Below, one piece after another: positions 37,801-50,075 of a stretch of DNA of 56,575 nt; the stretch's first letter is position 1, and each line of letters begins with the position of its first letter. Made by a program: the position numbers and the translations under genes. Origin of the DNA: Macrostomum lignano (Eukaryota); contig NIVC01001582.1 of the NCBI GenBank assembly GCA_002269645.1, forward strand, positions 1-56,575, given 5' to 3'. The notes beneath the pieces are model-generated. The model had not been told where the DNA came from. It did no database searches and saw only the letters and a program-made list of their open reading frames with translations.

Positions 37801-40800
37801 ACAGCACACTGCAGACTCTCAAAGTACAGCACACTGCGGACTCTCAAAGTACAGCACACTGCAGACTCTCAAAGTACAGCACACTACTGCAGACTCTCAA
37901 AGTACAGCACACTGCAGACTCTCAAAGTACAGCACACTGCGCACTCTCAAATACAGCACACTGCAGACTCTCAAAGTACAGCACACTGCAGACTCTTAAA
38001 GTACAGCACACTGCAGACTCTCAAAGTACAGCACACTGCAGACTCTCAAAGTACAGCACACTGCGACTCTCAAAGTACAGCACACTGCAGACTCTCAAAG
38101 TACAGCACACTACTGCAGACTCTCAAAGTACAGCACACTGCAGACTCTCAAAGTACAGCACACTGCGCACTCTCAAATACAGCACACTGCAGACTCTCAA
38201 AGTACAGCACACTGCAGACTCTTAAAGTACAGCACACTGCAGACTCTCAAAGTACAGCACACTGCAGACTCTCAAAGTACAGCACACTGCAGACTCTCAA
38301 AGTACAGCACACTACTGCAGACTCTCAAAGTACAGCACACTGCAGACTCTCAAAGTACAGCACACTGCAGACTCTCAAAGTACAGCACACTGCAGACTCT
38401 CAAAGTACAGCACACTGCAGACTCTCAAAGTACAGCACACTGCAGACTCTCAAAGTACAGCACACTGCAGACTCTCAAAGTAAAGCACACTGCAGACTCT
38501 CAAAGTACAGCACACTGCAGACTCTCAAAGTAAAGCACACTGCAGACTCTCAAAGTACAGCACACTGCAGACTCTCAAAGTACAGCACACTGCAGACTCT
38601 CAAAGTACAGCACACTGCAGACTCTCAAAGTACAGCACACTGCAGACTCTCAAAGTACAGCACACTGCAGACTCTCAAAGTACAGCACACTGCAGACTCT
38701 CAAAGTACAGCACACTGCAGACTTGCACAAAACGGCGCATTCTCTCGCAGCTTTCCAGGCTACACCAGCTGCGCCGCACTCACACGATGCCAGCAGGCAG
38801 CTGACGAACATCAGCCTGACTGTCTTGCTGTGCTGCGCGCTGCCCAGCCGAAGCCGCACCAGGCCGACCACCAGAGACGCCGCTGACGCTGCCAGGCCCA
38901 GAATGAAGGCGGCTTTTGTTTTTACAAAGTCGGCTGAGGCGGGAGCGAAGGGAGGCGGGAGGGTAGGAGGAGATTAAGATGAGGCACAAATTTGACAAGG
39001 CTTATTGATCCTCTCAGCTGAGAATCTCCGCAGCCTCCCCGATATAAAAACTGGTTACCGCCCTGCCGCAGCTCCCAAAGCTTCAGCATTTTCTGGCCAA
39101 GTCTGTAAGTGGCCGGCGGCCAATTCAATTTCGCTAATCGGTTACGAAACCTGTTGCAGTGCGCGGGGCTTGCGCTCGGATTTCATCTGGATGGCTGCGC
39201 GAGCGCTAAGAGGAGACCCACCTGTAGATATCGGCGCTAAGAGGAGACCCGCCTGTAGATATTGGCGCTAAGAGGAGACGCGCCTGTAGATATCGGCGCT
39301 AAGAGGAGACCCGCCTGTAGATATCGGCGCTAAGAGGAGACGCGCCTGTAGATATCGGCGCTAAGAGGAGACCCGCCTGTAGATATCGGCGCTAAGAGGA
39401 GACCCGCCTGTAGATATTGGCGCTAAGAGGAGACCCGCCTGTAGATATCGGCGCTAAGAGGAGACCCGCCTGTAGATATTGGCGCTAAGAGGAGACCCGC
39501 CTGTAGATATCGGCGCTAAGAGGAGACCCGCCTGTAGATATCGGCGCTAAGAGGAGACCCGCCTGTAGATATTGGCGCTAAGAGGAGACCCGCCTGTAGA
39601 TATTAGCGCTAAGAGGAGACCCGCCTGTAGATATTAGCGCTAAGAGGAGACGCATCTGTAGATATTGGTGCTAAGAGGAGACCCGCCTGTAGATATTGGC
39701 GCTAAGAGGAGACCCGCCTGTAGATATCGGCGCTAAGAGGAGACCCGCCTGTAGATATTGGCGCTAAGAGGAGACGCGCCTGTAGATATTAGCGCTAAGA
39801 GGAGACGCGCCTGTAGATATTAGCGCTAAGAGGAGACGCATCTGTAGATATTGGTGCTAAGAGGAGACCCGCCTGTAGATATCGGCGCTAAAAGGAGACG
39901 CGCCAGTAGATATCGGCGCTAAGAGGAGACGCGCCTGTAGATATTAGCGCTAAGAGGAGACCCGCCTGTAGATATTAGCGCTAAGAGGAGACGCATCTGT
40001 AGATATTGGCGCTAAGAGGAGACGCGCCTGTAGATATTAGCGCTAAGAGGAGACGCGCCTGTAGATATTAGCGCTAAGAGGAGACGCATCTGTAGATATT
40101 GGTGCTAAGAGGAGACCCGCCTGTAGATATCGGCGCTAAAAGGAGACGCGCCAGTAGATATCGGCGCTAAGAGGAGACGCGCCTGTAGATATTGGCGCTA
40201 AGAGGAGACGCGCCTGTAGATATTGGCGCTAAGAGGAGACGCGCCTGTAGATATTGGCGCTAAGAGGAGACGCGCCTCTATTATGATATGTGCAATCCCA
40301 CAGGTCCCAGAGTTTAGCATCTTAGTCATTGAATTTTGAGCTAAAAAGCCAGCAATTAAGAATCGTCCCCCAATCTCCCAGAAAGCCCCCACCCGGAATG
40401 AGAAGCGTCCAATTAGTCGGGCCGCCGCGGCGAAATTTTCCGATTCTGCCGCAGGCTGTTTCGATCACGTGACCTAGCAGCCTAGCGGCCGGACGGAGCC
40501 GAACGAGGAGGATTCGAAGAAAAAAAGGCGAGTTACTTTTTAAACCCGATTGACAGCGCGCGGTGAGAGGGGGTTGGGGCGAAGCGTCTGCGACTTGAAA
40601 ATTGGATGGCGAGCAGCAGGGGGGGATTTGCAAGTCAAATGCCGCCGCGAGGAGGCTGCCGCGGCAAGCCGGAGCGGCACTTCAGCGGAGGCTTTAAAAT
40701 TCCTGACTGGAGGGCTGGGGAGGCCGCGGCAGCAGATATCACAGCGCACTCGCGCTTCCCGCGAGACCCGGGCCGACCCCCCCTCCACCTCGGAGCGGCA

Positions 40801-42096
40801 ATTCCGCAGAATCGGGCATTCTCACCGCCATTAATTTTTATTTTTACCCCACCCGAGCACTGCTCAGTTGCTCAGCCCAGCCTCCCGGATGCGGTGGCTG
40901 TGGGGAAAGGAAGAAGTTTCGGTGGAAGTGGCTTTATACCTTATCGCCCAGTAGTTTTTTTCAGTTGAGCAAAGTCTGGAATCGAGATTCCCATCCTCGT
41001 AAATTCCGCTCACTGAGGAGGCTGCTGAGACTCGAGCAGATGGTGCTGTTTGCATTCTGGAGATGCTAAAATCCCTATGGGTCAGGATAACTCCCTCAGG
41101 ACTTGGCGGCTTGAACTGGGGAGGCTATCGCCTGGCTGACAGGCTGGCCGAGTGTCTGTCTACCCTGGTGACCAGGATGTCTATTTAGACATCTTAAAAT
41201 ATAAACACCCTGTCTAGCAGGTGACTGTCTAGCAGGTGACTGTCTAACAGGTGACTGTCTAACAGGTGAATGTCTAACAGGTGACTGTCTAACAGGTGAA
41301 TGGCCAGCAGGTGACTGTCTAACAGGTGACTGTCTAACAGGTGAATGTCTAACAGGTGACTGTCTAACAGGTGACTGTCTAACAGTTGACTGTCTAACAG
41401 GTGACTGTCTAACAGGTGACTGTCTAACAGGTGACTGTCTAACAGGTGACTGTCTAACAGGTGACTGTCTAACAGGTGACTGTCTAACAGGTGACTGTCT
41501 AACAGGTGACTGTCTAACAGGTGACTGTCTAACAGGTGACTGTCTAACAGGTGACTGTCTAACAGGTGACTGTCTAACAGGTGACTGTCTAACAGGTGAC
41601 TGTCTAACAGGTGACTGTCTAACAGGTGACTGTCTAACAGGTGACTGTCTAACAGGTGACTGTCTAACAGATGACTGTCTAACAGGTGACTGTCTAACAG
41701 GTGACTGTCTAACAGGTGACTGTCTAACAGATGACTGTCTAACAGGTGACTGTCTAACAGGTGACTGTCTAACAGGTGACTGTCTAACAGGTGACTGTCT
41801 AACAGGTGACTGTCTAACAGGTGACTGTCTAACAGGTGACTGTATAAGGCCCCCCTCCGAGCCGGAATCCCGCGCCGCTCACGCTCAGCAGAATGGTCCT
41901 CCTGCAGCACCACGGGCCAGCGGGCCAGCTGCGAGATGGACACGACTGCAGCAGCGAAGCCGGCGGCGCACATCGCCAAGATGGTCCGGTCTGCCGCAGT
42001 CACGGTCAGGCACATCACCCGCGCTCTGAGTGGAGGCTGCGGAGCTGCGTCGGAGTCGGGCTGGGGCAGCTCGATCAGCGGCGACCGGCTGATCAT
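34829..42096 (-). CDS. PMP22/EMP/claudin-superfamily four-pass membrane protein (TMEM47/PERP-like), 3 exons, ~186 aa
   Basis: Exons 42096..41883 (C|GTGAGC), 38933..38784 (T|GTGAGT), 35025..34829 = 561 nt, all phase 1. Four hydrophobic segments: ILAMCAAGFAAAVVSI; DFVKTKAAFILGLAASAASLVVGLV; LMFVSCLLASFLCLLVAVAVW; WSYWVAVAAAVLQFLAFLLYI. The first extracellular loop is short, so an exon may have been missed. Confidence 0.7.
35190..38722. repeat. 25-bp satellite (CAGCACACTGCAGACTCTCAAAGTA)n, ~3.5 kb, filling tetraspanin intron 2
   Basis: 25-bp period with 24- and 28-bp variants. Confidence 0.98.
39205..40278. repeat. 31-bp minisatellite (TAAGAGGAGACCCGCCTGTAGATATCGGCGC)n
   Basis: GAGGAGAC at 39241, 39272, etc.; ~34 copies. 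Confidence 0.97.
41207..41845. repeat. 15-bp minisatellite (GGTGACTGTCTAACA)n
   Basis: SHLLD periodic translation; begins ~38 nt after the exon 1 donor on the - strand. Confidence 0.97.
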
Positions 42097-42252
42097 GCTC
42101 GGTTAAGTAGATCCGCCCAGGCCGTGATAGGCTGCGGGCCCTTCACTCCGGCCAGGGAGCTCTGGAGCCAGCATCTGGTGAGGAAAAGTGGTGAAAATCA
42201 ATTCTTGAAGGACCACAATGCCAGGCGGGAAGTTAGAGGAAGGAGTCAAGGG

Positions 42253-42752
42253 GGTGCTGGCGCCCCTTGGTGCTGGCGCCCCTTGGTGCTGGCGCCCCTT
42301 GGTGCTGGCGCCCCTTGGTGCTGGCGCCCCTTGGTGCTGGCGCCCCTTGGTGCTGGCGCCCCTTGGTGCTGGCGCCCCTTGGTGCTGGCGCCCCTTGGTG
42401 CTGGCGCCCCTTGGTGCTGGCGCCCCTTGGTGCTGGCGCCCCTTGGTGCTGGCGCCCCTTGGTGCTGGCGCCCCTTGGTGCTGGCGCCCCTTGGTGCTGG
42501 CGCCCCTTGGTGCTGGCGCCCCTTGGTGCTGGCGCCCCTTGGTGCTGGCGCCCCTTGGTGCTGGCGCCCCTTGGTGCTGGCGCCCCTTGGTGCTGGCGCC
42601 CTTGGTGCTGGCGCCCCTTGGTGCTGGCGCCCCTTGGTGCTGGCGCCCCTTGGTGCTGGCGCCCCTTGGTGCTGGCGCCCCTTGGTGCTGGCGCCCCTTG
42701 GTGCTGGCGCCCCTTGGTGCTGGCGCCCCTTGGTGCTGGCGCCCCTTGGTGC
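42253..42752. repeat. 16-bp minisatellite (GGTGCTGGCGCCCCTT)n
   Basis: 16-aa periodic translation, i.e. 3 x 16 bp. Confidence 0.97.
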
Positions 42753-43659
42753 TGTACCGACGGCGTCAGGTTGATGACGAAATGCTTGAGAGACTAGCTG
42801 AGCATGTCCAGCAGTTGAGGCTTGATCAGCGAAACTAGAAAATTTTGCAACAGCGTGTCCATAGTCAGCTGGTGCCACCTGTTGAAGGTCCAGAAGCTCC
42901 GCTCCGACCAACAAAGTCAGAGCTGATGCAGACACATGTGGTCCACGTGCTGTTGAAATTTGGAGGCTTGGCAAGGCTGCACTGAGGCGCAGTGCTGATT
43001 GGCGCACAGGGGTGTACTGAATACACTGGCGCTTATGGGAAAAATCCGACCTTCTGGCAGAATCGTCGAATATCTTGACGGTCCGGAGGGCTGGCGACTT
43101 GATTTTTGTTTGAGAAGGTGCGCAACAAAAAGTTAGCCGGTGTTCTTGAATTTCGTGTGGCTGCTTTGCTCTGTTCCGGCGCAGCAAAAAGTGTCAGGGG
43201 GGGGTGGTAGTTCTACTATTAATACATTTAACATATTACATTAACTGAGTTGACGACGTTTGCAAAAAAAGCTTATTTAAAAAAATATCCACAGAAACAA
43301 AAAATCCGCAGTGCAATCCAGATGCTATCTCCAGAGCTCCTTGGCTGCGGCCGTTTGATCTGGTGGCTTTGCGGACACAGATAGCGCATTAATTAGACCC
43401 GGACAATCAGCGGCAATTGAGTCTCTGTCTCAATAATTAATTTAGCTGCAATATTTGCTCTAAGCTGGTCAACTAAAAAGCAAAGCTTGGTTCGCGGCAT
43501 CTCAGAGAGAGTTGACTCAGCGGCGAGCTGGGGTCGAGATGAGGATTGGCCTAATCTGCCTAATTAACTCGTTTAATCCACTGTTTGCTTCCGATTCTGT
43601 TGAGCGAACGAAGTTGCTGATAAATCTTCGGAGTTGTTGAATATTGATTCGTATTGGCG

Positions 43660-44115
43660 TTGGAATATTTGCCAGCCTGGATATTTGCCAGCCTGGATAT
43701 TTGCCAGCCTGGATATTTGCCAGCTGGATATTCGCCAGCCTGGATATTTGCCAGCTGGATATTTGCCAGCTGGATATTCGCCAGCTGGATATTTGCCAGC
43801 TGGATATTTGCCAGCCTGGATATTTGCCAGCTGGATATTCGCCAGCCTGGATATTTGCCAGCTGGATATTTGCCAGCTGGATATTCGCCAGCTGGATATT
43901 TGCCAGCTGGATATTTGCCAGCCTGGATATTTGCCTGCTGGATATTCGCCAGCTGGATATTCGCCAGCTGGATATTTGCCAGCCTGGATATTTGCCAGCT
44001 GGATATTCGCCAGGTGGATATTCGCCAGCTGGATATTTGCCAGCTGGATATTTGCCAGCTAGATATTTGCCAGCTGGATATTTGCCAGCCTGGATATTTG
44101 CCTGCTGGATATTTA
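43660..44115. repeat. 15/16-bp minisatellite (GGATATTTGCCAGC[C]T)n
   Basis: Mixed 15- and 16-bp units. Confidence 0.96.
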
Positions 44116-44407
44116 CTATTCCAATATTTTAGTAAGAATTAGAATTATAATAAAATAGCTTAAATTAGCAACGGCAAAATTTACGCAACACTCAAAATTA
44201 AATCAGAACTTGAATGAATTTCACAAGCCACTCTACTGCGAGTAGCAGTTTCGGAATAACACCGGAGTTACAAAGTGAGTTCACGAATACTTCTCAGTTA
44301 ATATTTTTATATTTATATCGAATTTGTTCAAATTCACTGAAATATGCTGGGCAGGCATCGGCGGTCAAAGGCAATTATTCATGAAAAGTTCATCGAGGAC
44401 TCTGCAG

Positions 44408-46810
44408 TCACGGCACCACTTCATATTCGTTTTCGTCAGCGGCATTCAGGTAGTCGGCCGGCCGCTCCGAGGCGCACATCTCGCAGCCCGGCCGCTCCGG
44501 CGGGTTCCGGTAGGTGCATATGGGACAGCTCCAGCCGGGCTGCGGGCGGGGGCGGCACCGCGAGTGAGGCGTCCGTCTGGGGAATCTAGCTGGGGAATCT
44601 AGCTGGGGAATCTAGCTGGGGAATCTAGCTGGGGAATCTAGCTGGGGAATAATTTAGCTGGGGAATCTAGCTGGGGAATCTAGCTGGGGAATCTAGCTGG
44701 AGAATCTAGCTGGGAAATCTAGCTGGGGAATCTAGCTGGGGAATGTAGCTGGGGAATAATTTAGCTGGGGAATAATTTAGCTGGGGAATATAGCTGGGGA
44801 ATAATTTAGCTGGGAAATATAGCTGGGGAATAATTTAGCTGGGGAATATAGCTGGGGAATCTAGCTGGGAAATCTAGCTGGGGAATCTAGCTGGTGAATG
44901 TAGCTGGGGAATCTAGCTGGGGAATCTAGCTGGGGAATAATTTAGCTGGGGAATCTAGCAGGGGAATCTAGCTGGGAAATCTAGCTGGGAATCTAGCTGG
45001 GGAATAATTTAGCTGGGGAATATAGCTGGGGAATAATTTAGCTGGGGAATCTAGCTGGGGAATCTAGCTGGGGAATAATTTAGCTGGGGAATCTAGCTGG
45101 GGAATCTAGCTGGGGAATAATTTAGCTGGGGAATCTAGCTGGGGAATAATTTAGCTGGGGAATCTAGCTGGGGAATCTAGCTGGGGAATAATTTAGCTGG
45201 GGAATAATTTAGCTGGGGAATCTAGCTGGGGAATCTAGCTGGGAAATCTAGCTGGGAATCTAGCTGGGGAATAATTTAGCTGGTAATATAGCTGGGGAAT
45301 AATTTAGCTGGGGAATCTAGCTGGGGAATCTAGCTGGGGAATCTAGCTGGGGAATCTAGCTGGGGAATCTAGCTGGGGAATCTAGCTGGGGAATAATTTA
45401 GCTGGGGAATCTAGCTGGGGAATCTAGCTGGGGAATCTAGCTGGGGAATAATTTAGCTGGGGAATCTAGCTGGGGAATCTAGCTGGGGAATAATTTAGCT
45501 GGGGAATAATTTAGCTGGGGAATCTAGCTGGGGAATCTAGCTGGGAAATCTAGCTGGGAATCTAGCTGGGGAATAATTTAGCTGGGGAATCTAGCTGGGG
45601 AATCTAGCTGGGGAATCTAGCTGGGGAATCTAGCTGGGGAATAATTTAGCTGGGGAATCTAGCTGGGGAATCTAGCTGGGGAATCTAGCTGGGGAATCTA
45701 GCTGGGGAATAATTTAGCTGGGGAATCTAGCTGGGGAATCTAGCTGGGGAATCTAGCTGGGGAATCTAGCTGGGGAATAATTTAGCTGGGGAATCTAGCT
45801 GGGGAATAATTTAGCTGGGGAATAATTTAGCTGGGGAATCTAGCTGGGGAATCTAGCTGGGGAATCTAGCTGGGGAATCTAGCTGGGGAATCTAGCTGGG
45901 GAATCTAGCTGGGGAATAATTTAGCTGGGGAATCTAGCTGGGGAATCTAGCTGGGGAATCTAGCTGGGAATAATTTAGCTGGGGAATCTAGCTGGGGAAT
46001 CTAGCTGGGGAATCTAGCTGGGGAATCTAGCTGGGGAATAATTTAGCTGGGGAATCTAGCTGGGGAATAATTTAGCTGGGGAATAATTTAGCTGGGGAAT
46101 CTAGCTGGGGAATAATTTAGCTGGGGAATCTAGCTGGGGAATATAGCTGGGGAATCTAGCTGGGGAATCTAGCTGGGGAATCTAGCTGGGGAATCTAGCT
46201 ACCAATATGATAAGCAACTGCTGAGGTGTTTTACCTCGATATTTTCTGGAACTGGCGGCTGCGGCTGCATCGGCGGCTCAGGCAGCTGAGGCCGCAACGC
46301 TGGCGGCTGCGGCAGCGGCTCCGCCCACATTTTCTGTGCAGGGGCGGCGGCGGCGACTGGGGCGGGGGCGGCAGGCTGTCCGGGAGCTGGTGGCGGTCGC
46401 TGCTGTCCCCACCTGTGCTTGAACAGGTCCTTGCTCAGCAGGTAAAGATGCACAACCACCTCGTGCTTGTGCTCCAGCTCGCCCAGCGGGGTGCTGTCCG
46501 GCGGGATTCGGCCGCAGGCGACGCAGCACTGCGCCTGGCGGGGAATCTCCAGCTCGGAGGCCACGCGCATCTTCAGCTCCGCCACGGTGCTGGCCGTGCT
46601 GAACTTGAACAGCCGCGGCTTGGGCAGCTCTTTGTCGCGGTCGCGGAAGAACACCTTGACTAGGAGACCCTCGCTGGACTGCGGGAACACCCGGATGGAG
46701 CCGCCCGACTGGCACAGCTGCACCACCGCTTGCCTGGCAGCCTCCGCTTTCTGACTGCAGATGGCGTCCTGCAGCCGGTTGGCAAGGTCGGCAGGAGTCT
46801 GGTGGCCCAT
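44408..46810 (-). CDS. SHARPIN/HOIL-1L-like protein (LTM - UBL - Pro-rich linker - NZF), ~247 aa, with a frame problem at the start of exon 2
   Basis: Exon 1, 46810..46235 (GAG|GTAAAA): [26 protein letters not shown] (LTM-like), then [21 protein letters not shown]...VVHLYLLS (HOIL-1L-type UBL). Exon 2, 44576..44408: [26 protein letters not shown], compared with HOIL-1L [26 protein letters not shown]. The stop is 16 codons later. Confidence 0.85.
44577..46200. repeat. 13/16-bp minisatellite (CTGGGGAATCTAG / CTGGGGAATAATTTAG)n filling the SHARPIN-like intron
   Basis: Occupies all but ~34 nt of the 1658-nt intron; the last unit supplies the acceptor AG. Confidence 0.97.
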
Positions 46811-47849
46811 TGCTAAAGCCAGAAGATGGCGATGAAGGGGGTGAGTCTCTAAAGAAAATCTTAAAGAATAATTTAAGCATTTGTGATCAAGACATCAACA
46901 TTAACATAAACGAAATTTGTGCCTTAGATAGAGTATTGACCTAAAAATTTTTAAATATATTTTAAGATAGTAAGTTGGCTAACCAAAATAGTTAACAATT
47001 ATTGCTTTTCCACATCTTCTAATATCTTGTTACTATTACAAATGAAATTTAGAAATATCAATGATAATATTTTATTGCATAACATTTTAAATAGTTAACC
47101 AAATAAATATATTATCCTACTTTTATTCTAATGATATAAATGGGTATTTATTTAGAAAACTTTGCAATCTTTTTACGCTAATGAAGCAGAAGAGCTTTGA
47201 TCTAGAACTGGTCAACTGGAAGTATGCTATAGCTATACTAACATTTTCAAAGGACAAAACAAATATTTCAGCAAAATCTAATTTATAGATAAAGTATTCC
47301 ATCTAAAAAGATTATCTAAAATTTATTTTAAAGGGCCAAATGAAAAATCAGTAAAATTTCAAATGATAAAATATCAAAATATTAGTTTAGTTAGTTTACT
47401 TGGATTAAAAGCAAAAACTGAAACGTTTTGAGCACCACCATTATGTCTCACTCCTCAGTAGTACTAACTACTATGGAATAAATATTTTTCCATTAAATAT
47501 CACAGCTTCATCGTTTATGTCGTGATAAAAGTCATTAAATTTCGTGAAATCAAAAAATAAAATCACAAAATCTGGTCTAGAGGTGCTACTAGCCATAATA
47601 AAAAACACGATAACGAAAACTTTAAGGTACTAAATCAAATGCAACAGTACCTCATTCTTTAACATTTTTGTTTCCCATTTAAAATCAGTTTTAAAAGTAA
47701 TATGTTACATAAATTAAATTTATTCATTCAAAACATTTTTTGACAGCCTCTTTTGCTTTTATACTACTTTATTTGTTTAATCCTGTAAAAAATTTAAATC
47801 AAGTTTACTTCTTTCAAGTTAATTTTTCTTTCAAGATTAATTTTGGTTC

Positions 47850-48430
47850 CATGAGAATTGCCCGCAGACGAATCGCCCGCCGAGATTTGCCTGCAGGAGA
47901 TTTGCCCGTGGAGATTTGCCCGCCGAGCTTTTCCCGCCGAGATTTTCCCGCAGTGCAATTTGCCCGCAAGTGGATTGCCCGCGAGCGAGTAGTGTTGCCC
48001 GTGGAGTTTTTTCCCGCCGAGGTTTGCCCACAATGCTTTTTTACTGCAGATTTTGTCTGCACCTTCCCAATGCTTATTACATGTAATAAATCTTAGTAAA
48101 GAGATTTACACGATCAAAACTTTTTGATAGTAACTGCATATCAAATGCTTATTTTTTGGGGGGCCGGGCAATACAGACAGAATCTAGCTGCCAAATGCGC
48201 TGCAATAAAAAAGCATTGCGGGCAAACCTCGGCGGGAAAAAACTCCGCGGGCAACTCGATCGCTCGCGGGCAATCCACTCGCGGGCAATCCACTCGCGGG
48301 CAAATTGCACTGCGGGCAATTCTCGGCGGGCGATTCTCGGCGGGAAAATCTCCACGGGCAATTCGCTCACGGGCAAAATGCACTGCGGGCAAATCTCGGC
48401 GGGCAATTCGTCTGCTGGCATTTCTCGTGC
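47850..48430. mobile_element. Foldback/MITE-like element with ~200-250-bp inverted arms built from TTGCCCGC units
   Basis: 47850-48050 is the imperfect reverse complement of 48190-48430 (e.g. GGAGTTTTTTCCCGCCGAGGTTTGCCC(A/G)CAATGCTTTTTTA). Exact termini and TSD not found. Confidence 0.75.
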
Positions 48431-49711
48431 TCTCATTAATTTTTTGAATGATTTCAGAAGAACGCGCTTACATTTGATGCGCTTACATTTCCGATCATTC
48501 GTGTTGGATGTATACAGTACATGCGCTTTTTGACAGCAACCCAGCCTTGGCTGCTGTCAGGCTGATGCCGTTTGTGTTGGTTGTTATACAGCTTCAAAGC
48601 ATACAAGGCCATGCTAATTGTTTGCTATAATGGGTGAAAAGGGGTTCTCAGCATATTACTGTTGCGCTATGTACATGTAGTAATTTGTCTTGCGGATCGT
48701 GCGCTCATATTGCACAGCTTTGCACAGCTTGAGCAGAACCAATCCTAATTCTAAAACTATAATTTCGCACAAATTCAAACACCTAAAGCTTACGTAACAG
48801 CGCATCCATGAAACAGTTCTTGGGATTTGGGAATCAGGTACGTCGTACAGTAGTTATACCATAAGAAAGCAAATTCTCACCTTCAGCTTTCTCAAAAATT
48901 GTCCAGCCTCGCCTCAGTTGCTGAAATTAGGATTTTACGTCACCTGCTTACCTTGGATTTTGACTTTAGATTTTACATTAGATGTACATTTGCTTTGTGC
49001 TTTGTACATCACATAATTAACAAAATAGTAAAACAGAAATGAACAGATATGTATAGCCTTATAGCAGTTATATTTACGCAATTGACTATCGATGTGAAGA
49101 ATGTATAATATCAATCAAAATATATCTAATAAAAAATAGATAGAAAATCGATAGCAGCTGCCTGGCTGGTCATTCGGCCAATGCTTGTAAAAAAATTTTG
49201 CACATACAATTCAGGGACTATCTATAGTACCCTGTGTCCCCTCTAGTACCCTGAATATCCCGTCTAGCTAGCACAAGAGAATTACAATATTCTAACAAAA
49301 TTAGCATACATACCTATCAGCATACATATCCTTAGCAATTAACTATAAGTTCAGGGTGACTGCATGCGTCAATCGAGTAGAACTACATGTATGCTAAAGC
49401 TAGTAGTATGGCATAACAAATTGGTCGATTTAACATGGATGAAAAACAAAATCGTCGAGTTGGATTTTTACTTTTCGGTAGCCTAGTCAAAATTATTTGA
49501 ATGATACTCAGTATAGTAGCTGTATATTCACCAAAAATGTACATATGCTGTTCATACTGATGTCACGTGCTACTTTCTATACTGAACACGCAATGCACAT
49601 GAATTGTTGAATGCATCGATACGAACACCGCAACATCGGAAGAAAATCAAAATTAATCGAGGGATGTATAACTCTTCAGCGTCACGTGTACAAATTATTG
49701 ACTAATTTCCT

Positions 49712-50075
49712 CACAGATACACTGTACAAGCACACACAGATACACTGTACAAGCACACACATATACACTGTACAAGCACACACAGATACACTGTACAAGC
49801 ACACACAGATACACTGTACAAGCACACACATATACACTGTACAAGCACACACAGATACACTGTACAAGCACACACATATACACTGTACAAGCACACACAG
49901 ATACACTGTACAAGCACACACATATACACTGTACAAGCACACACAGATACACTGTACAAGCACACACAGATACACTGTACAAGCACACACAGATACACTG
50001 TACAAGCACACACAGATACACTGTACAAGCACACACAGATATACTGTACAAACACACGGATCCACTGTACAAGCA
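49712..50075. repeat. 23-bp minisatellite (CACACAGATACACTGTACAAGCA)n
   Basis: 23-bp period, ~15 copies. Confidence 0.96.

Noticed and set aside
35086-38886. ORFs of 364-964 aa in the 25-bp array
   Set aside because: Same artefact; the array is intronic to the tetraspanin gene on the opposite strand.
40467-40480. ATCACGTGAC as a CLEAR/TFEB element
   Set aside because: Single intronic 9/10 match with no supporting context.
41194-41882. SHLLD-repeat tail of ORF 41194..42096
   Set aside because: Read-through past the donor at 41882 into an intronic 15-bp array.
42760-43200. Coding-like segment as a possible RBR exon of the SHARPIN/HOIL-1L-like gene
   Set aside because: No RING or IBR Cys/His spacing in the - frames I read; stops interrupt the + frames; left unassigned.
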